NCBI GenBank assembly: GCA_016906335.1 | Contig: JADEYG010000007.1 | Location: forward strand, 992,001 to 1,056,000 | DNA length: 64,000 bases | Direction: 5' to 3' | Source: Novakomyces olei | Lineage: Eukaryota | Shown: one piece after another, positions 51,764 through 64,000 of the stretch | How positions within the stretch are numbered: the first letter of the stretch is position 1 | Layout of the letters: every line of letters starts with the position of its first letter | Program-made: the position numbers and the translations under genes | The notes under the pieces: generated by a model | The model's input: only the letters and a program-made list of their open reading frames with translations | What the model was told of the DNA's origin: nothing | Databases searched by the model: none

Positions 51764-52757
51764 TGTCCCACGCAGCCAAAGCTGAGGCCCCGCCTCCGGA
51801 CTACCGCTTTTGCGCCTGCCACTTTGGCACACTAATTTGTCCACTGCGCGGATCTACGTGCGTCGCATGTTTTATGTATATACAAACAAATGTATGACGC
51901 CTATCAACGAGTGGCCAATCGAGCGAAACCCTATTTATTATATGAGCCCAATGTGTACAAAAGTACCGTACCGTATTTCAAAATATTATTCAAGTCTGTG
52001 AAGTGTCCATATAAAGTTAAATTAGAGCGTTTATTATAATTAAATATTCGAGCAATACACGTGTCGCAATGTAAAATCTGTTTAGCCTAAGCTCAAGAAC
52101 AATGTTAGAATCTTAGATTGTAGCATAGTTCTGAAGGTAGAGTGAATATTTGAATTAGCGACGAACAATAGCTTCAGCTGAATCCCAAGAGGTTTGAGAG
52201 TTCGCTTGGTCATATAGATACATATTTATAACTATGTATTGTAAAGTGGAATCCGGTAAACTAAAGTCAAACACTAACACGTACGTTAGATGTATCTGAA
52301 TTGAAAAAGATAAACAAAAATAGTGTGAGGGGTTAAATAGATTCATAGTTCAACAAACGCAAACAACTCGAGGTCAGTAAAACCTCTAATATACGGCCTA
52401 CACATGTTTATTTACTTATATATTTTTAAATTTATTTTTATTTATTTTTATTTTTATTTTTTTATTTTTATTATATATATTTTTTTTTATATTTAAACCT
52501 CACTTTGTACGGTTTTTACGTATCCAAACGATCAGTACATTAAAATAATACACACAGACGCCCATGCCTGTCCAGTCTGGACGGCAGCATTAACTGGCGC
52601 GCGGCGCTTGAATTTCGGTGCGTACAGAGCAGCGCGGCAGTCCCGTGTCCTTAATAAGATTGGATCTATTTACAAATTTTGCTGGCGTACTGTGGTGCAG
52701 CAAAGGTAGTTTCGACAAAGAGCAGGCAGTTTACAGAATTGATCAATTAATTGTGTA

Positions 52758-52758
<1 letters not shown>

Positions 52759-52788
<30 letters not shown>
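52759..52788. repeat. (GATT)n repeat in a probable 5'-UTR intron of SNF5
   Basis: Directly visible; flanked by a GTAGTT donor (~52706) and a TAG acceptor (~52798). Confidence 0.7.
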
Positions 52789-52833
52789 AATCGATTAGCT
52801 GGAGACAATTACAGTTTATGTGCCTCGAGCGCT

Positions 52834-55179
52834 ATGGACGGATACTATGCTGCCGATGCAAGCACGCAAATGCGCAATGATACGGTGGGCTCAGCGGGTA
52901 TGGACCCGGATCCGAGTCAGACAAGGTCAAGTGTGGATCCTGCAAGCTCTGCTGCCGCTGGCTCGAGCGGCAATACGAGTACCGCAAACGCGGGTAGTGC
53001 AGCCACTCGTGCTGCAGCAATTGCCGTCGATGCTGGCCGAGTCGAGGAGAAGGCGAACAGTGATTTTGGGAGCGGTATTAACAATAAAACAAGCAGCAAA
53101 CAGGCAGCTACAAGCTCCAAAGCTTCGAGCGGCAGCAAATCCCTTTCGCATGTTGATTTACGGGTGGAAGACTACAAGACCCGCGACTGGATTTACGAGG
53201 ATTCTATTCTGGCGGCTCAGCAGCAATCTTCACAGGTACTAGTAAGAGAGAAGCAGGAAGCGCTGCACTCAATATCTGCCGCTCGAGAATTGCTAAGCAC
53301 TGCTCTAAACAGCCATAATGCTACCAATAATACCCGTCGTAAACCCGCTCCTGCAACACACGCCACCGATCCTTACACGACCGTTTACGGCGCCGGGTAT
53401 GGCGGATGGGGAAACGGCCGCACTGCCTGTTTTCCACGTGCGTCTTCCCTCATACTGCCACGTGACCGTAAACGGCCACGTGGCCGACGCGATTTCTGTC
53501 CCTCTAAAAGGCAGAAGCAGTCACAGGCGCACGTACCGGAAATGCTGGTCCCCGTGCGGCTTGATATCGATGCTGATCGCTGGCGGATTAAAGATACCCT
53601 AACCTGGAACGCGGCCGAGCAGTCTTTGGCGTTCCAAATGTTTGCAGAAACTCTGTGCCGGGATATGTGTATCCCCGTCAGTGTGGCCACTACGATTGCC
53701 CAGTCGATGGCGGCTCAAGTTCAGGATTACTATCCCGCTGTCCAGGATAATATTAATCAAAATCAATATCAATATCAATATCAAAATCAATATCAAAATC
53801 AATATCATAATCAATATCAAAATCAATATCATAATCAATATCAAAATCAATATCAAAATCAAGATCAAAATCAAAATCAGAATCAGGATCAAGATTTACG
53901 GATACAAATTAAACTGGATATAACGCACGGCAATATTAATCTGCAAGACTCGTTTGAATGGGATATCGGTAACGGTGAAAACGATCCGGAAGCCTTTGCC
54001 CGCTGTTTGTGTGCAGAACTGGGATTACATCGAGAGTTTGAGACGGCAGTTGCCCATGAAATTAGGGAGCAGGTGCAAATGTACACGAAAAGCTTGTTTT
54101 TGATCGGGTACGCGTTTGATGGATCTGTTGTTGAGGATGCAGAAATAAGGGCATTTCAATTGCCGCCATTAATACGGGCACTAAGGCCCCGTGAGCTGGT
54201 AGATGGCTACTCGCCACTACTGGCTCCATTAGACGAAGACGCACTTGACCGTCAGGACAAGGACCAGGATAGGGAGTCGAGGCGGAAGAAGCGAAGGCAG
54301 GTAAGAGCGGGTAAGCGTGGAGCGACCCTTCCGGATCTCTCCGAAGTGCCACGGACGCATCGGACGCCGATCCTGCATACGGTACTAACTGCCTCTGACC
54401 CTCACGTTGGCCGCTTTGGAGTAGTTAAGCCGATCAGTCTGGCGGCTGCTGAAGACAGGGATACTGATAGTCTCGAAGCTGGCAGCAGTGGCAGACTGCC
54501 GAGCTTACCGATCGGCTCAAACATGCTAAATACTATTAATATGAACAGTAATAATATTAATAATGTCGCCAGCCGGTACCAGCAACAGCCCACGCCAGGC
54601 ACAAGCTTCCCTGCGAGATCGGCACATGGCTCCGCTGCTGGTTATTCGAACTTTCGTCATTATACACGAACCGAGTCTTCGCGTTCTATTGAATCACAGA
54701 CGCGTAGAAACGCGCGTTCGCCTACTCCGAGTTTAATTGTTACTTTACGCGTTCCCACGTGGAAACTTTACCGAGCACGTGCTTCAAAGTTTGACAGTGC
54801 TACTTCGTTCCGCCGGCCGGGAACTGTAACTTCCGCGGCAAGTCAAATCCAACGTAATACTCCCCCTCAATCAGCCGCCTCAACTGCCGGGTCTAGACCA
54901 GGATCGGCCTCCTCAATGTCGCCGTACAATCAGCCGAGATCGCGATCAAGTGTGACGCCTTCAAGGCAGCAGCAGTTTTCATCTGCTCCACAATCTCCAA
55001 ACATGAACTACAATATGGCGCCAGCGCAAATGAACACGATTAACCCGAGCATGATGAGTATAAATGGTCCAGGCGAGTCTTTTGAATCACCAGGAATCTC
55101 GCCCGCAATGCTTACAAGGCAAACTTTTTCTCCTAATAATGGAGGGAACAATGCTGAAGGGCAGCAATGGTACCAGTAG
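52834..55179 (+). CDS. SNF5: SWI/SNF subunit Snf5
   Basis: GAGYGGWGNG, repeat 1 LVPVRLDID..IKDTLTWN, repeat 2 LRIQIKLDI..DSFEWDI..PEAFARCLCAELGL, DRESRRKKR. Confidence 0.85.
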   Translation: MDGYYAADASTQMRNDTVGSAGMDPDPSQTRSSVDPASSAAAGSSGNTSTANAGSAATRAAAIAVDAGRVEEKANSDFGSGINNKTSSKQAATSSKASSGSKSLSHVDLRVEDYKTRDWIYEDSILAAQQQSSQVLVREKQEALHSISAARELLSTALNSHNATNNTRRKPAPATHATDPYTTVYGAGYGGWGNGRTACFPRASSLILPRDRKRPRGRRDFCPSKRQKQSQAHVPEMLVPVRLDIDADRWRIKDTLTWNAAEQSLAFQMFAETLCRDMCIPVSVATTIAQSMAAQVQDYYPAVQDNINQNQYQYQYQNQYQNQYHNQYQNQYHNQYQNQYQNQDQNQNQNQDQDLRIQIKLDITHGNINLQDSFEWDIGNGENDPEAFARCLCAELGLHREFETAVAHEIREQVQMYTKSLFLIGYAFDGSVVEDAEIRAFQLPPLIRALRPRELVDGYSPLLAPLDEDALDRQDKDQDRESRRKKRRQVRAGKRGATLPDLSEVPRTHRTPILHTVLTASDPHVGRFGVVKPISLAAAEDRDTDSLEAGSSGRLPSLPIGSNMLNTINMNSNNINNVASRYQQQPTPGTSFPARSAHGSAAGYSNFRHYTRTESSRSIESQTRRNARSPTPSLIVTLRVPTWKLYRARASKFDSATSFRRPGTVTSAASQIQRNTPPQSAASTAGSRPGSASSMSPYNQPRSRSSVTPSRQQQFSSAPQSPNMNYNMAPAQMNTINPSMMSINGPGESFESPGISPAMLTRQTFSPNNGGNNAEGQQWYQ

Positions 55180-55229
55180 TGGGGGGATCCATATTGAAGA
55201 CCGGTTTAGTTGGTTTAATGTCTCTTTCA

Positions 55230-55267
<38 letters not shown>

Positions 55268-55573
55268 TTTTTCTGTGACTTTTTTTTTTTTTCTCTTCAT
55301 CTGCTCTTTACTTGCTCTTTTATTTTCTGTTGCCGATTAACAATGATTGAAACGTCTATCGACCAGTCTGGTTTACATGTTGACTTGTCGAGAAAATTGT
55401 TTGAGCATACCACACACAAGCTCTGGTTTTATCCCCGATTTTTGATCGAACTAGCTAGACACGAGTGTCTGCATGAAACATGAGTAATGTATTACATATC
55501 CTGTACATATAATATATACATATTTTTGAAAATAACAAAATTTATTACTCTTTTTTTGGCCATGTACTATGCA

Positions 55574-58386
55574 TCATTGCGTACCACCGTCCGTTTCCGT
55601 AAGAGATATCTCCTTCTCCGCTTTGATTTGTTTCATCCACAAATCATGGTATGCGCCCTGCTTTTTCAAAAGATCTGCATGCGTTCCCCTCTCGATAATT
55701 TGTCCTTGGTGGACGTAGAGTATAAGGTCGCTATTTATGATTGTCGACAGCCTGAATTTAGCATAAATGAATAAATAAAATATATTATGCTTTTTCATAC
55801 CTATGAGCGACAACGATAGATGTCCTGCCACGCATGAGCTCTGCCAGAGCTTGCTGAATCAGTCTTTCCGTATGAGTATCGAGGGCACTATAATAGTCAG
55901 TATTATATATATAATCGAAAACAAAAATAAAAAATAATATAAAGCAAGAACAATCAGATAAGCAACTTACGAAGTAGCCTCGTCCAGAAGAATTATCTCG
56001 GGCGATTTTAGCAAGGCACGTGCAATCGCTACACGCTGCTTTTCACCTCCAGAAAGCCGAAGACCACGTTCGCCCACTTTACTCTCGTACCCGTCAGGAA
56101 ACGAAAGAATTCGGTCGTGAATCTGTGCGGCTTTTGCAGCCTCAAACACCTCTTCGTCCGTCGCTGAAGGCTTCGCATAACGTATATTGTACATTATACT
56201 CTCATTAAATAGCACAGCGTCCTGTGGAACTACACCAATAATACCCCTAAGTGATTGCATAGTGACATCACGCACATTCTGGCCATTCACCAATATTGCA
56301 CCCTTGTCTGTATCATAAAATCGGAAGAGTAGTTTAAGCAGTGTTGATTTACCTCCACCGGACTCGCCTACAAGAGCTACTGTCTTCCCTGGTTCAATCA
56401 GAAAAGAAATATCAATCAGAGCTGGTCTCCGCCCATCATAAGAGAAATGAACGTTTTGAAACTCGATACGAGCCTGGGAAAACGGAGGACCGCTTTGCAT
56501 TGCGCTTATATCAACAGCGCCCGGTTTGTCCTGCACAGTAGGCTGCTCTTGAAAGAGCTCCAGCAGCCTTTCAGCATCAATCAGACTAGACTGCAGAGTA
56601 CGAAAGTACATGCCGAAAAAGTTTAGTGGCTGTTGCAGCTGAGCCATGTACGTCAGCATGGCCACAAAGGATCCAACCGTGTTGAGCCCCTGTGAGACAC
56701 GGTACGCACTTAGCAGCGAGGCTGCTAATAACCCTAGTGTAAATATGCCGCCTTGAACAACGTTAATGAGACTCAAGGAAGACAGCACTTTCCACTCGGC
56801 CCGTTGGTAATCGCCCACAGCATCAGCGTACCGATCAATCTCAAAGGGCTCCGCATTAAAGTACTTTACAGTCTCAAAATTAGCAATGCCGTCATTTTTC
56901 ACACTGTACTCTTCCCGACTCTTGTTCACCATATCCCGCCGCATCTCTGTGCGCCACTCTGTGATTTTAATAGTGGCATATATGTATGCAAGCGACATTA
57001 TAACAACAATAAGGGCGAAATATGAGTCAAAAGCGACGACAAAGTAAACCATTGCCATAATCAGGTCAACAGCCACGGGAAATATTTGGAAAATTAGCTG
57101 CTCTATAAAGTTGTTTATAGAATTTCCTTTGCCGAGGGCCGACATTACTTCGCCTGTTTTCTTTTTCAAGTGGAAATCAAGGGAAAGACTTTGCACGTGG
57201 GCGAGAGCAGCGATAGACAGTGAGCGGTAAGCGTACTGTAGCAGTGGGTACCACAATAAACTGCGCAAGGAGCCCAATAAGCTCATATTGCCCTGTAAAT
57301 AGCGCAAAAGTACATACAACAGCAGTCCTGTCCAGGGCATTCCCCGTCCCTCAGATAAAATATTTGTTACGCGGCCCAACTGTATCGGAGTAAGAAGGTT
57401 CACTATCCGACCAAGTACCATGAGCACTACACATAGGAAAACAAGCAGTTGTAATCGCGGCTGCCTTGATGGCCACAAGTGTGGTAAAAAGACACGGAAC
57501 GACGTTGCATACTGGACCCAGCTGAGTTCTGAAGGACGAGCTTTGCGGCCCGTATCTTTGGGAGTAGAGGCCTCGCTACTTTGTGCTGCGCTTTCAACAC
57601 CGTTGCCATCCGTACCAGACTGCTTAAAAGTTCCGTACTCTGCCCGGGACGGAGGGCTTGTTGCTGCCTCACTATCGGATTGCTGATGCTGTCCTCCCTT
57701 TATGCGTAGAGCAGTGTAAACTGTAGTAGCAAGAACAAGCAGAGCCAGACGGACAGACACAGCTGCCAAAGTAGCGATAGCCCAGGCGTCTAGCGTACTG
57801 CTGCCTTTACGGTGACTGGCTCCAAACTGCAGAGCCAGAAGCGAAATATCCGCTACTAGTGAGAGCGCAAAAGGCGCTAGAATATGCCAGCGAAGTGCTT
57901 CAAGTACCGATCCCGTGCTTCTAGGCAGAGGCTTTGCATCAGCCACTGATACTAGCATTATTATATACACAAACAGAACGCTGATCAGGTAAAACTAGCC
58001 GTCAGTCGGTATACATCACGCTAAACTTACCACATAAGATTCTGTGGTCCACCATTGAGGCACGCTTAGAGCATGCACAATGACAATACCGGCCTCTGCC
58101 ACCTATCCCATTAGCCTTTGCTTTACATATATAAAATGCTCACAAAAGTGGCGGCGATAGCAACAATCGACCATGCTAGTAATCGTTTCGGCTCTCTGTT
58201 GTACTTGTAGCTACCGAACCGGAAGGTTGTCTGGTTCGACAGTAACTGTTCACGCTCGCTTCTGCCGCGTGGCGAGGGTTTAGCAGCATAAGCAGAGCTT
58301 AACAGTGAAAGCAAGGTTAAAGTAGAGACTAGTGCTATCGACACAGCATAGTGCAAAACCCTGACTGCCGTTGCCGGGCCTGTCAT
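55574..58386 (-). CDS. hmt1: Heavy-metal tolerance ABC half-transporter (Hmt1/ABCB6)
   Basis: N-terminal TM extension, GESGGGKST, LSGGEKQRVA, LLDEATS|ALD; 4 introns. Confidence 0.9.
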
Positions 58387-58518
58387 CTCCAAAGTGTCGT
58401 CTGCATATATTATTCTCGCGTACCAATAACCATTAATGTTATTATTGCCTTGGCATAATACTAAAGTGGTGTTACCTCGTGCTCTATCTGTTTCTCATTA
58501 CAGTGATTTAGGCGTACC

Positions 58519-58596
58519 TAACAATAGCCGTACGTTAATAATAGTCGTACTTTAATAATAGCCGTACTTAATAATAGCCATACTTTAATAATAGCC
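58519..58596. repeat. Imperfect 16-17-bp tandem repeat (TAATAATAGCCGTACTT) about x5 upstream of hmt1
   Basis: Directly visible. Confidence 0.85.
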
Positions 58597-58891
58597 AAAA
58601 AGTCACTCAAATTATATAGATTACCGCTACAGCACACGTTTACGGCCGCTTAAAGTGTTTCATAGTCGCAGATTGGTGCTCCGGCAATTGTTTCTATGAA
58701 ACACATGTACATGAGAATTATAGGGTTTTTAATGACGCGCATGAGCTTTCTTACGGTGAATGGTAACGATCCAATTGTGCAACTCACAGTCATTATTCTA
58801 ATAGTCATACAAAGTTATGCAGTAATCTCTATCAGAATCCAAATCCACAGAATTTACGCGAAGATTCTCTTCGTCTTTATGCCACTTCATG

Positions 58892-60031
58892 CTAAGCACT
58901 CTCCCTCGTAGCCGGCAAGGGCGGCATGTTGTAATTTGCGCCAGCGAGCTGTTTCCACTGAGGCAATAGCGCAGGATTGTACTCGAAATGTAACCCACTG
59001 CTGTTTGATACCTGGGGCTCGGTTCCAGGGAGAGGTAGAAACCACAGAAAAGGCGATGGTCCCATAACAGAAATCCAATTGTGATAAGCACTACAATCCC
59101 ATGGTAACTGGCCTGCAGAAGTGGCAATTACAGCGCGTTTACCCGTTTCAAATTCGACCGATAGCAAGTACGAACGGTTGTGCTGATTCAATTGTTCAAA
59201 CGACGTAAGATTACGAAGCGCGAAAAGAATGTGCGAGACACAGAGTCCCCCAGTCATGCAAAGTGCTGCTGCAGAAATAGGCAAAAGACTGATCCAGCAG
59301 CCGTAAATGTGAGTATGTGCTAAATGCCGATACTTGGTCATTAGTACGGCGGTCGCTATTAGCACGTACGACGATAAAAGTGTGAGGTATGACACAAACA
59401 AGATGAAAAACTTTTGCGACGTATAAGCAATGCAGCACCCGAGCCAGACGCAATAGTGATCAAGTTTTAGTATGCAACACCCAGCCTCGCCACTGTGGTG
59501 GGCTCGGTCTGGTTTGAGCCGCTGACAGGAATAACACCACCTCGGGTGGCCGTACATGTCACACTGGAACACGGGGAAAGACTGCGCTAATTCTGTGTCA
59601 TACGAGTACCGAGAAACTTGGCAAGAAGCTGCGGTGCGAGTGGCTATTGCAGCCAGTAAGGCAAGCGTGGCCAGTACTAGGTAGAAGGTAATTAAAGGTG
59701 CTGCCAGTCTAACATTATGCGCATCATGTAGTATACTTGTAGTGCAAATAAGGCCACAGAAAACGTAAGAAACATATACAGCAAGAAGCAGTGTCGCTAC
59801 CGGCACCACTATCCCCAGTAATTTAGCGTTTCGTATTAGTCTCTTTGACCTTTTAGCGCTTCTTTCTCGTTCAGCTTCAGTTTCGTCTTGCTCTGCATCA
59901 TCGTCATACGGATCTTGAATTAAAGTGGAGCGAGCGTTTTTGACAGCAGGAGGCGCTGTACAGCACGCAAAAGGAGTATGGTTTTCCTGTACCTTCTTTT
60001 CGGCCGCCGGTGCGGCTCTTTCATCGTCCAT
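58892..60031 (-). CDS. PFA5: DHHC-family palmitoyltransferase with DHYC variant (Pfa5-like)
   Basis: RWCYSC..KPDRAHHS....CILKLDHYCVW, TSFE, NWISVMG..FLWFLP. Confidence 0.75.
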   Translation of the reverse strand: MDDERAAPAAEKKVQENHTPFACCTAPPAVKNARSTLIQDPYDDDAEQDETEAERERSAKRSKRLIRNAKLLGIVVPVATLLLAVYVSYVFCGLICTTSILHDAHNVRLAAPLITFYLVLATLALLAAIATRTAASCQVSRYSYDTELAQSFPVFQCDMYGHPRWCYSCQRLKPDRAHHSGEAGCCILKLDHYCVWLGCCIAYTSQKFFILFVSYLTLLSSYVLIATAVLMTKYRHLAHTHIYGCWISLLPISAAALCMTGGLCVSHILFALRNLTSFEQLNQHNRSYLLSVEFETGKRAVIATSAGQLPWDCSAYHNWISVMGPSPFLWFLPLPGTEPQVSNSSGLHFEYNPALLPQWKQLAGANYNMPPLPATRESA

Positions 60032-60831
60032 CGAATTGCCAATGTCTAACTTCTATTGGGCAAAAAGTGCTCCAGCGACACTCACGCCGTCAACTGACTA
60101 AAATTGATGCGCACCATTGGGCCAGAAAGCCAGATTTTACTTGGCATCCATCCACTTTGCGAGTTGGTGTGGAGATGCGGTGCTTTGGGTTTAGCAATTC
60201 CACCGTACATTTATCGGTGTGGAAGTTTAAATCAGTGTATTGCGTAAGTAAAGTGCGCAGGTTACTCCAATAATTATTTATTAATATTAAATGATATACT
60301 TGATAAAATTAAGCAAAAGATTCGTAGTACATATAAAAAGTTAGGCTGAGAAGAATTTGAGTATGTTTTGTGTAAAAGTGTACCAATACCAAAGAAGCCT
60401 ATAGGCGTACACAGTCTGCGGGAAATGTAGGGCAAATTCGTAAATTGATGAGCATTGCCGCACATTGCTGGTAGCACAAAGTGTGTGAATACACCACTGC
60501 TGTAATGCTATAATGAATGCTCCATTAAAAAGTTGGTCTGGGGTAGACCTTCACGCTAGTATCCTTTGATATCGCTTCTAGTCACTTTTTGTCGCTTTAT
60601 CACTTTGTATTTATAACTTTATTGCTTAATCACTTTGTACCAGTATTACTCCAGTTTAGACGGTACGATTTCGTATTCCAGCGAGTAATTACTACGATGT
60701 CATACTTTATAGCTGAACGTCAAATCGCGAGCTAAAGCAATCTTAGATTTAATCTGTATAAAAAAATAAAGAATCCTTAAAATATTTTAGCTCTAAAATC
60801 TTTTATACTCACTTGCAGGGCAATTGTAAGG

Positions 60832-62239
60832 ATGACGCAGGAGGCAAAAGCGGCGGATGCTGCCGTGGACAACACACTAGCCAACCCCGATGTGCTTCAG
60901 CGTTATCGCGAGGCTGCTGACATTTCTCAGCGTGCATTAGCACATGTGAAGACGCTTTGCGTTGACGGAGCAAAAATCATCGATATTTGCACAGCCGGTG
61001 ACCAGTTCATCGTTGACGCGTGTTCTAAGGTTTTCAAGGGCAAGAACGTGGTCAAAGGTGAGTAGAGTGGGAACGGCAATCATATGCTCGGTTTCGAGCT
61101 TCTTTATTTGTTTTACAGTCAACTAATTCTTCAGGTATTGCCTTCCCCACATCTGTGTCGCCAGACAATATTGCCACCCATCTTTGCCCACTCCCTCAAG
61201 ATCCAGAGGCAGAGATGGTATTGAAGAATGGTCAGCTGGTCAAGGTGTCTCTTGGCGCCCAGCTGGACGGATTTGCTTCCGTTTTGGCAGATACTTTTTC
61301 TGTAGGTGGCGGCAAAGTATCGGGCCGTAGAGCCGATGCCTTGCGGGCGGCTTATGAGGCCACTGAGTTTGCCGTGCGTACAATTGCACCTGGAAACAAA
61401 AACTGGGATGTTACCCAGGGCGTGCAAAAGGTCGCTGAGGCTTATGGGTGCAAGCCAGTTGAGGGTAAGCTGATTCTAATCATTTCGTATTTTAGAATGA
61501 GCCATTTGAGCCTTTTGGCTTTCTCTTTAATTTCTATTCACTGTTTATGCTTTTCGTTTGGCTGGTACTACCTGCATTTCTTATTGATTTTTCGTCATGA
61601 AAATTCACTAATCATAATATAGGAATGCTCTCGCATCAACAGTTGCAAAACGTCATTGATGGCAAGAAACAGATTATAATCAACCCCAGCGAAAGCCAGC
61701 GCAAAGCTATGGAGACTTGCACGTTTGACGTGAACGAAGTTTACGGCATTGACATTCTCATTTCCAGCGGTGATGGCCATGTGCGCCGAACCGAGGCAGC
61801 CACGCGAATCTACAAGAAGGCCACTGATGTTACGTACAGCCTTAAACTGCAGACGTCTCGGCGAACTTTTGCTGAGATTCAGCGCAAAGCTGGAGCGTTT
61901 CCTTTTACCCTGCGAGGCTTAGACGATGAAAAGAAGGCTCGTATGGGCGTGCAAGAGTGTGTGCAACACAATTTGCTAGTACCGTATGATGTACTGTATG
62001 AGAAGGAGGGCGAATACGTAGCACAGTTCTTCTCTACCATTGCCTTGACGAAGAATGGTACTGTTCGTTTGACCGGTCCGACTGATTTCGACGTTGCCAT
62101 CCTTGAAAACGAATCGAAATTGCCGGAAGAACTGCGGCAGGTCGTCGATACGCCGCTCAAACTGGCAAAGAAGAAGAAGAATAAGTCGAAAAAGGCTGCT
62201 CCTAGCGTCGATTCTGCTCCTGCTACGGCAGAAGAGTAA
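60832..62239 (+). CDS. cdb4: Cdb4/EBP1/PA2G4 (non-catalytic M24 fold)
   Basis: KG|IAFPTSVS, LGAQLDGF, EG|MLSHQ, FPFTLR, PYDVLYEKEGEYVAQF, lysine-rich tail; 2 introns. Confidence 0.9.
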
Positions 62240-63091
62240 ACGGTTAAAACAAGAAGGAGAAAAGGGGAATATATTCATGATTTTTCAAAAACTTTTATGG
62301 ATATTCTCTAACGCGATCAGCGCATTTACCGCGCTACAATCCAGACAGGCTCTACATGTAGGAAGGTATTGCACTCTTCGCGCTCTCTGTCCCCTCGATA
62401 AGATGAATTTTCCTTGAAATTCTTTGGCACAAAACAAGATTAAAAAGAAAAATAATATTATTATTATTTTTGGCATTAGAGTTGCGTCCATTCAAAATGG
62501 CCGAGTATCCCGGGCTAGACTGCAGTAGAAAAAATGTAAACCAAACCGCGTCAGATTCGTATTCTGACGCCCCCGTCTCGTTTGCGCCTCGTTAAACACT
62601 ATATTCTTCTAATTTTATTTTCAGTTTTCTTCAAGTATATATAATTTTGCGTGTATCTCCAAACATACTAGTTTATTCCCGGCCGGTCAGAAGAGATGCA
62701 GCAAAAGTAAAACAAAATATATTATTGGAGCAGTTAAAAACAAGACTGCGCAATCAGCAAAAATTGGCACTGCTCTTTTTGTTGATTTCTACGTGAACGG
62801 TTTCTCAGCCGAACGGTTCAGTGTGAAGAACGCGTATACCGAGTGTGGGTGTTTTTAATTTTTGATATTTTCATTCTCTTTGCCTCTTCGGAGCTGCTGA
62901 GATCAAAATCGCGTTGAATCGTTGGGAAAACGGACGAATATTGGTTGCAAATATTATCTTTTTGGGGCCTATTGTAAAAGCTCTGATCTGGTACAAATCA
63001 CCGTCCTCGATTCCGAGCACAAGCCCGTTGTGTCTCGGATTATTTCCCCCTGTCTTTTAATCGTTATATCCGTGGCCCGCTTGTTCCATGT

Positions 63092-63940
63092 ATGATGTCT
63101 ACAACGAATGGTGAAGGAGACCAGAAGAACGGGTTTGTGGAAACAGATATGGAGTTGGAACAATTAGGTTCTATTGAAGACGACTTGAGTGCTATTCGTG
63201 GTCTGGAACAGCCGAGCGCCGCCTTGCAGCCGAGCGCCTCCTTGCACGTATCCGATCCTCATACTGAAACCTCTTCCTCGTCAAGTCTCAGCAGTGCTGA
63301 TAATGATCTTTTCAATGGATCAACGGAGGCCTTTTTAATGGGTACGGCAACAGATCGGGATCGGTTACTCGCAAAAAGGCCAAAGCGGGAAGTTACAAGC
63401 CGTCCGCGTTCCACAGATCTGGAACGTGTAGCATGGTCCCGTGTTTCGGCTTCCGGTCAATTACGAGAGGATAAGGGTGTCGTGGCTGGAAAGCGCGGGC
63501 GCAGAGACTCGGGAGCTTTGGATCAAAATGCTCTTACTCCCGCATCTTCACCTATTCGGCCCGGAGGAGAAGTCGAGAATGGAGGAAAAAGGAGGAAAAT
63601 ATCTATAAAAATTGCAAAGCAGCCTGACGCTGTTGAGGCTGTTACTACGTCTTTAGTATTAGCACCCTCTCCACCATTAGAGCACGTGAATGACCAAAGT
63701 ACATCGCATTCACCAGATACGGATTCGAAAATACGTAGGGTCAAGAAGAGTCCGATCAAAGGCCGGCGGAAACCAGAAGCTGGATCGCTGCCTAAGCTTC
63801 CCAAGCTGGTAGATCTCGCTTCTGAGTCTCAGGTTAATGGCACAGTTCAATCGGCGCCATCTGCACCTCCGGCAACTTCTGGATTCGCTCATGATGCTAT
63901 GCCCTGGGAAGGCAAGCCTTCTGAGGATGATCCAGCAAAG
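63092..63940 (+). CDS. First exon of an unknown gene with disordered, NLS-rich N-terminus; continues beyond window
   Basis: Open frame from ATG 63092 (MMSTTNGEGDQ...KRPKR...KRRKISIK) to a GTAAGG donor at 63941; absent from the ORF track, apparently because no stop occurs in the window. Confidence 0.6.
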
Positions 63941-64000
63941 GTAAGGAAAGAATATACATTTAAATTTATGTCAAAGAGGGGACAAAGCAAAGGAATTAAA

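Noticed and set aside
53599..53923. Poly-IL and poly-IN/IK ORFs
   Set aside because: Alternative frames of the repeat inside SNF5
59452..59463. DHYC instead of DHHC as a dead enzyme
   Set aside because: DHYC is the known active variant in Pfa5/Akr1-type palmitoyltransferases
62548..62570. GCGTCAGA/TCTGACGC inverted repeat
   Set aside because: Isolated 8-bp stem with no supporting context

Overview
This is eukaryotic, gene-dense fungal DNA, most consistent with an intron-rich, early-diverging ascomycete (Taphrinomycotina-like). That placement is inferred from Git3-, Hmt1- and Cdb4-type genes and short introns with CTAAC/CTGAC branch points. I support about 30 protein-coding genes, mostly housekeeping: importin-beta-like, CHIP, aminopeptidase P, Git3 GPCR, RTA1, DBP10, FAD1, POP1, Svf1-like, amidase, STT3, DUS4, NPL4, CDC42, DNA ligase I, KRE9, Pcl cyclin, SNF5, HMT1, PFA5 and Cdb4/EBP1. 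There is also one tRNA-Ala(UGC) and many simple repeats in AT-rich promoters. I see no transposon, CRISPR array or biosynthetic cluster. The main signal the gene list does not explain is relaxed splicing: of about 54 hand-inferred introns, about 13 end in AAG, one ends in GAG, and three first introns start with GC. Other leads are an ATG-free multi-hairpin leader of about 570 nt on CDC42, a degenerate SLC25-like carrier, a 42-aa membrane micro-ORF just behind a stop codon, and MCB boxes inside the presequence-coding region of DNA ligase I. Gene models were spliced by eye and need RNA-seq confirmation.
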